DNA of 64,000 nt from Camelus ferus (lineage: Eukaryota): the NCBI RefSeq assembly GCF_009834535.1, contig NC_045696.1, forward strand, positions 12,030,001-12,094,000, written 5' to 3'. Of the stretch, positions 63,650-64,000 are shown one piece after another (the first letter of the stretch is position 1; each line of letters opens with the position of its first letter). Position numbers and translations under genes: made by a program. The notes below the pieces were generated by a model that saw nothing but the letters and a program-made list of their open reading frames with translations, did no database searches and was not told where the DNA came from.

Positions 63650-64000
63650 GTGTGTTGGGGTCTCCAGGCCCATCCCTAGGCTCCCCGATTCACTAAGAGG
63701 GTCCACCAGACTCAGTTCCCTGTTGTATTCATGACCATGATTTGTTACAGCAAAATTATACAAAACAGCATCAGTAAAAGGGAGAGGCACGTGGCGTGAA
63801 GTCCAAGGAAACCAGGTGCAAGCTTCCAGAAGTCCTGCCCCGGTCCCACAGGATGTCCACAAGTCCCCCAGCCACGAGCTGGGATGATGTGTGTGAAATT
63901 TTGTCTAGTAGGAAGTTTGTCAGTGATTCGGTGCCCGGGGCTTTTATTGGGAGACTGGTCACGTTGGTACCCTCCGCCCAGTGTGTACCGAACCTCCCAG
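63650..64000. mobile_element. MER21-like ERV LTR, truncated by the window end
   Basis: tgttggggtctcc...gattcactaag...gatttgttacagcaaa...gtgaagtccaaggaaaccaggtgcaagcttcca. Confidence 0.7.

Noticed and set aside
1..64000. Prokaryote-type systems (CRISPR arrays, operons, defence islands) and the many 60-150 aa intronic ORFs
   Set aside because: The sequence is a mammalian intron-exon locus with no repeat-spacer arrays. The small ORFs fall in repeats or low-complexity DNA and show no recognisable homology.

Overview
Mammalian genomic DNA, not prokaryotic. It is almost certainly camelid (Vicugna/Camelus), judged from the tRNA-derived SINE family and the young L1 3' ends. The window holds the 5' coding half of TIAM1 (Rac1 GEF) on the + strand: 10 coding exons from the ATG at 3196 to a donor after 63258. 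These cover the myristoylated N-terminus, the PHn-CC-Ex module, the RBD and the start of the PDZ domain; the gene continues past the window. The rest is intron with LINE/SINE/LTR/DNA-transposon fossils and microsatellites, and most ORFs in the track are spurious. Main observations: (1) the fifth coding exon (39817-40003) is 187 nt instead of 186, a +1 frameshift at 39916-39919 giving a premature TGA at 45373; (2) a tailless 5'-half pre-tRNA-Tyr retrocopy with a perfect 16-bp target-site duplication at 15640-15718; (3) a short polyadenylated mRNA-3'-end-like insert inside an MLT1 LTR; (4) a tiny twin-primed (5'-inverted) L1 insertion; (5) a divergent pair of strong CTCF motifs at 61476/62261; (6) a run of six phase-0 symmetric exons. 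Repeat family names and comparisons to human TIAM1 come from recalled sequences and need confirming. I see no evidence of a novel multi-gene system.
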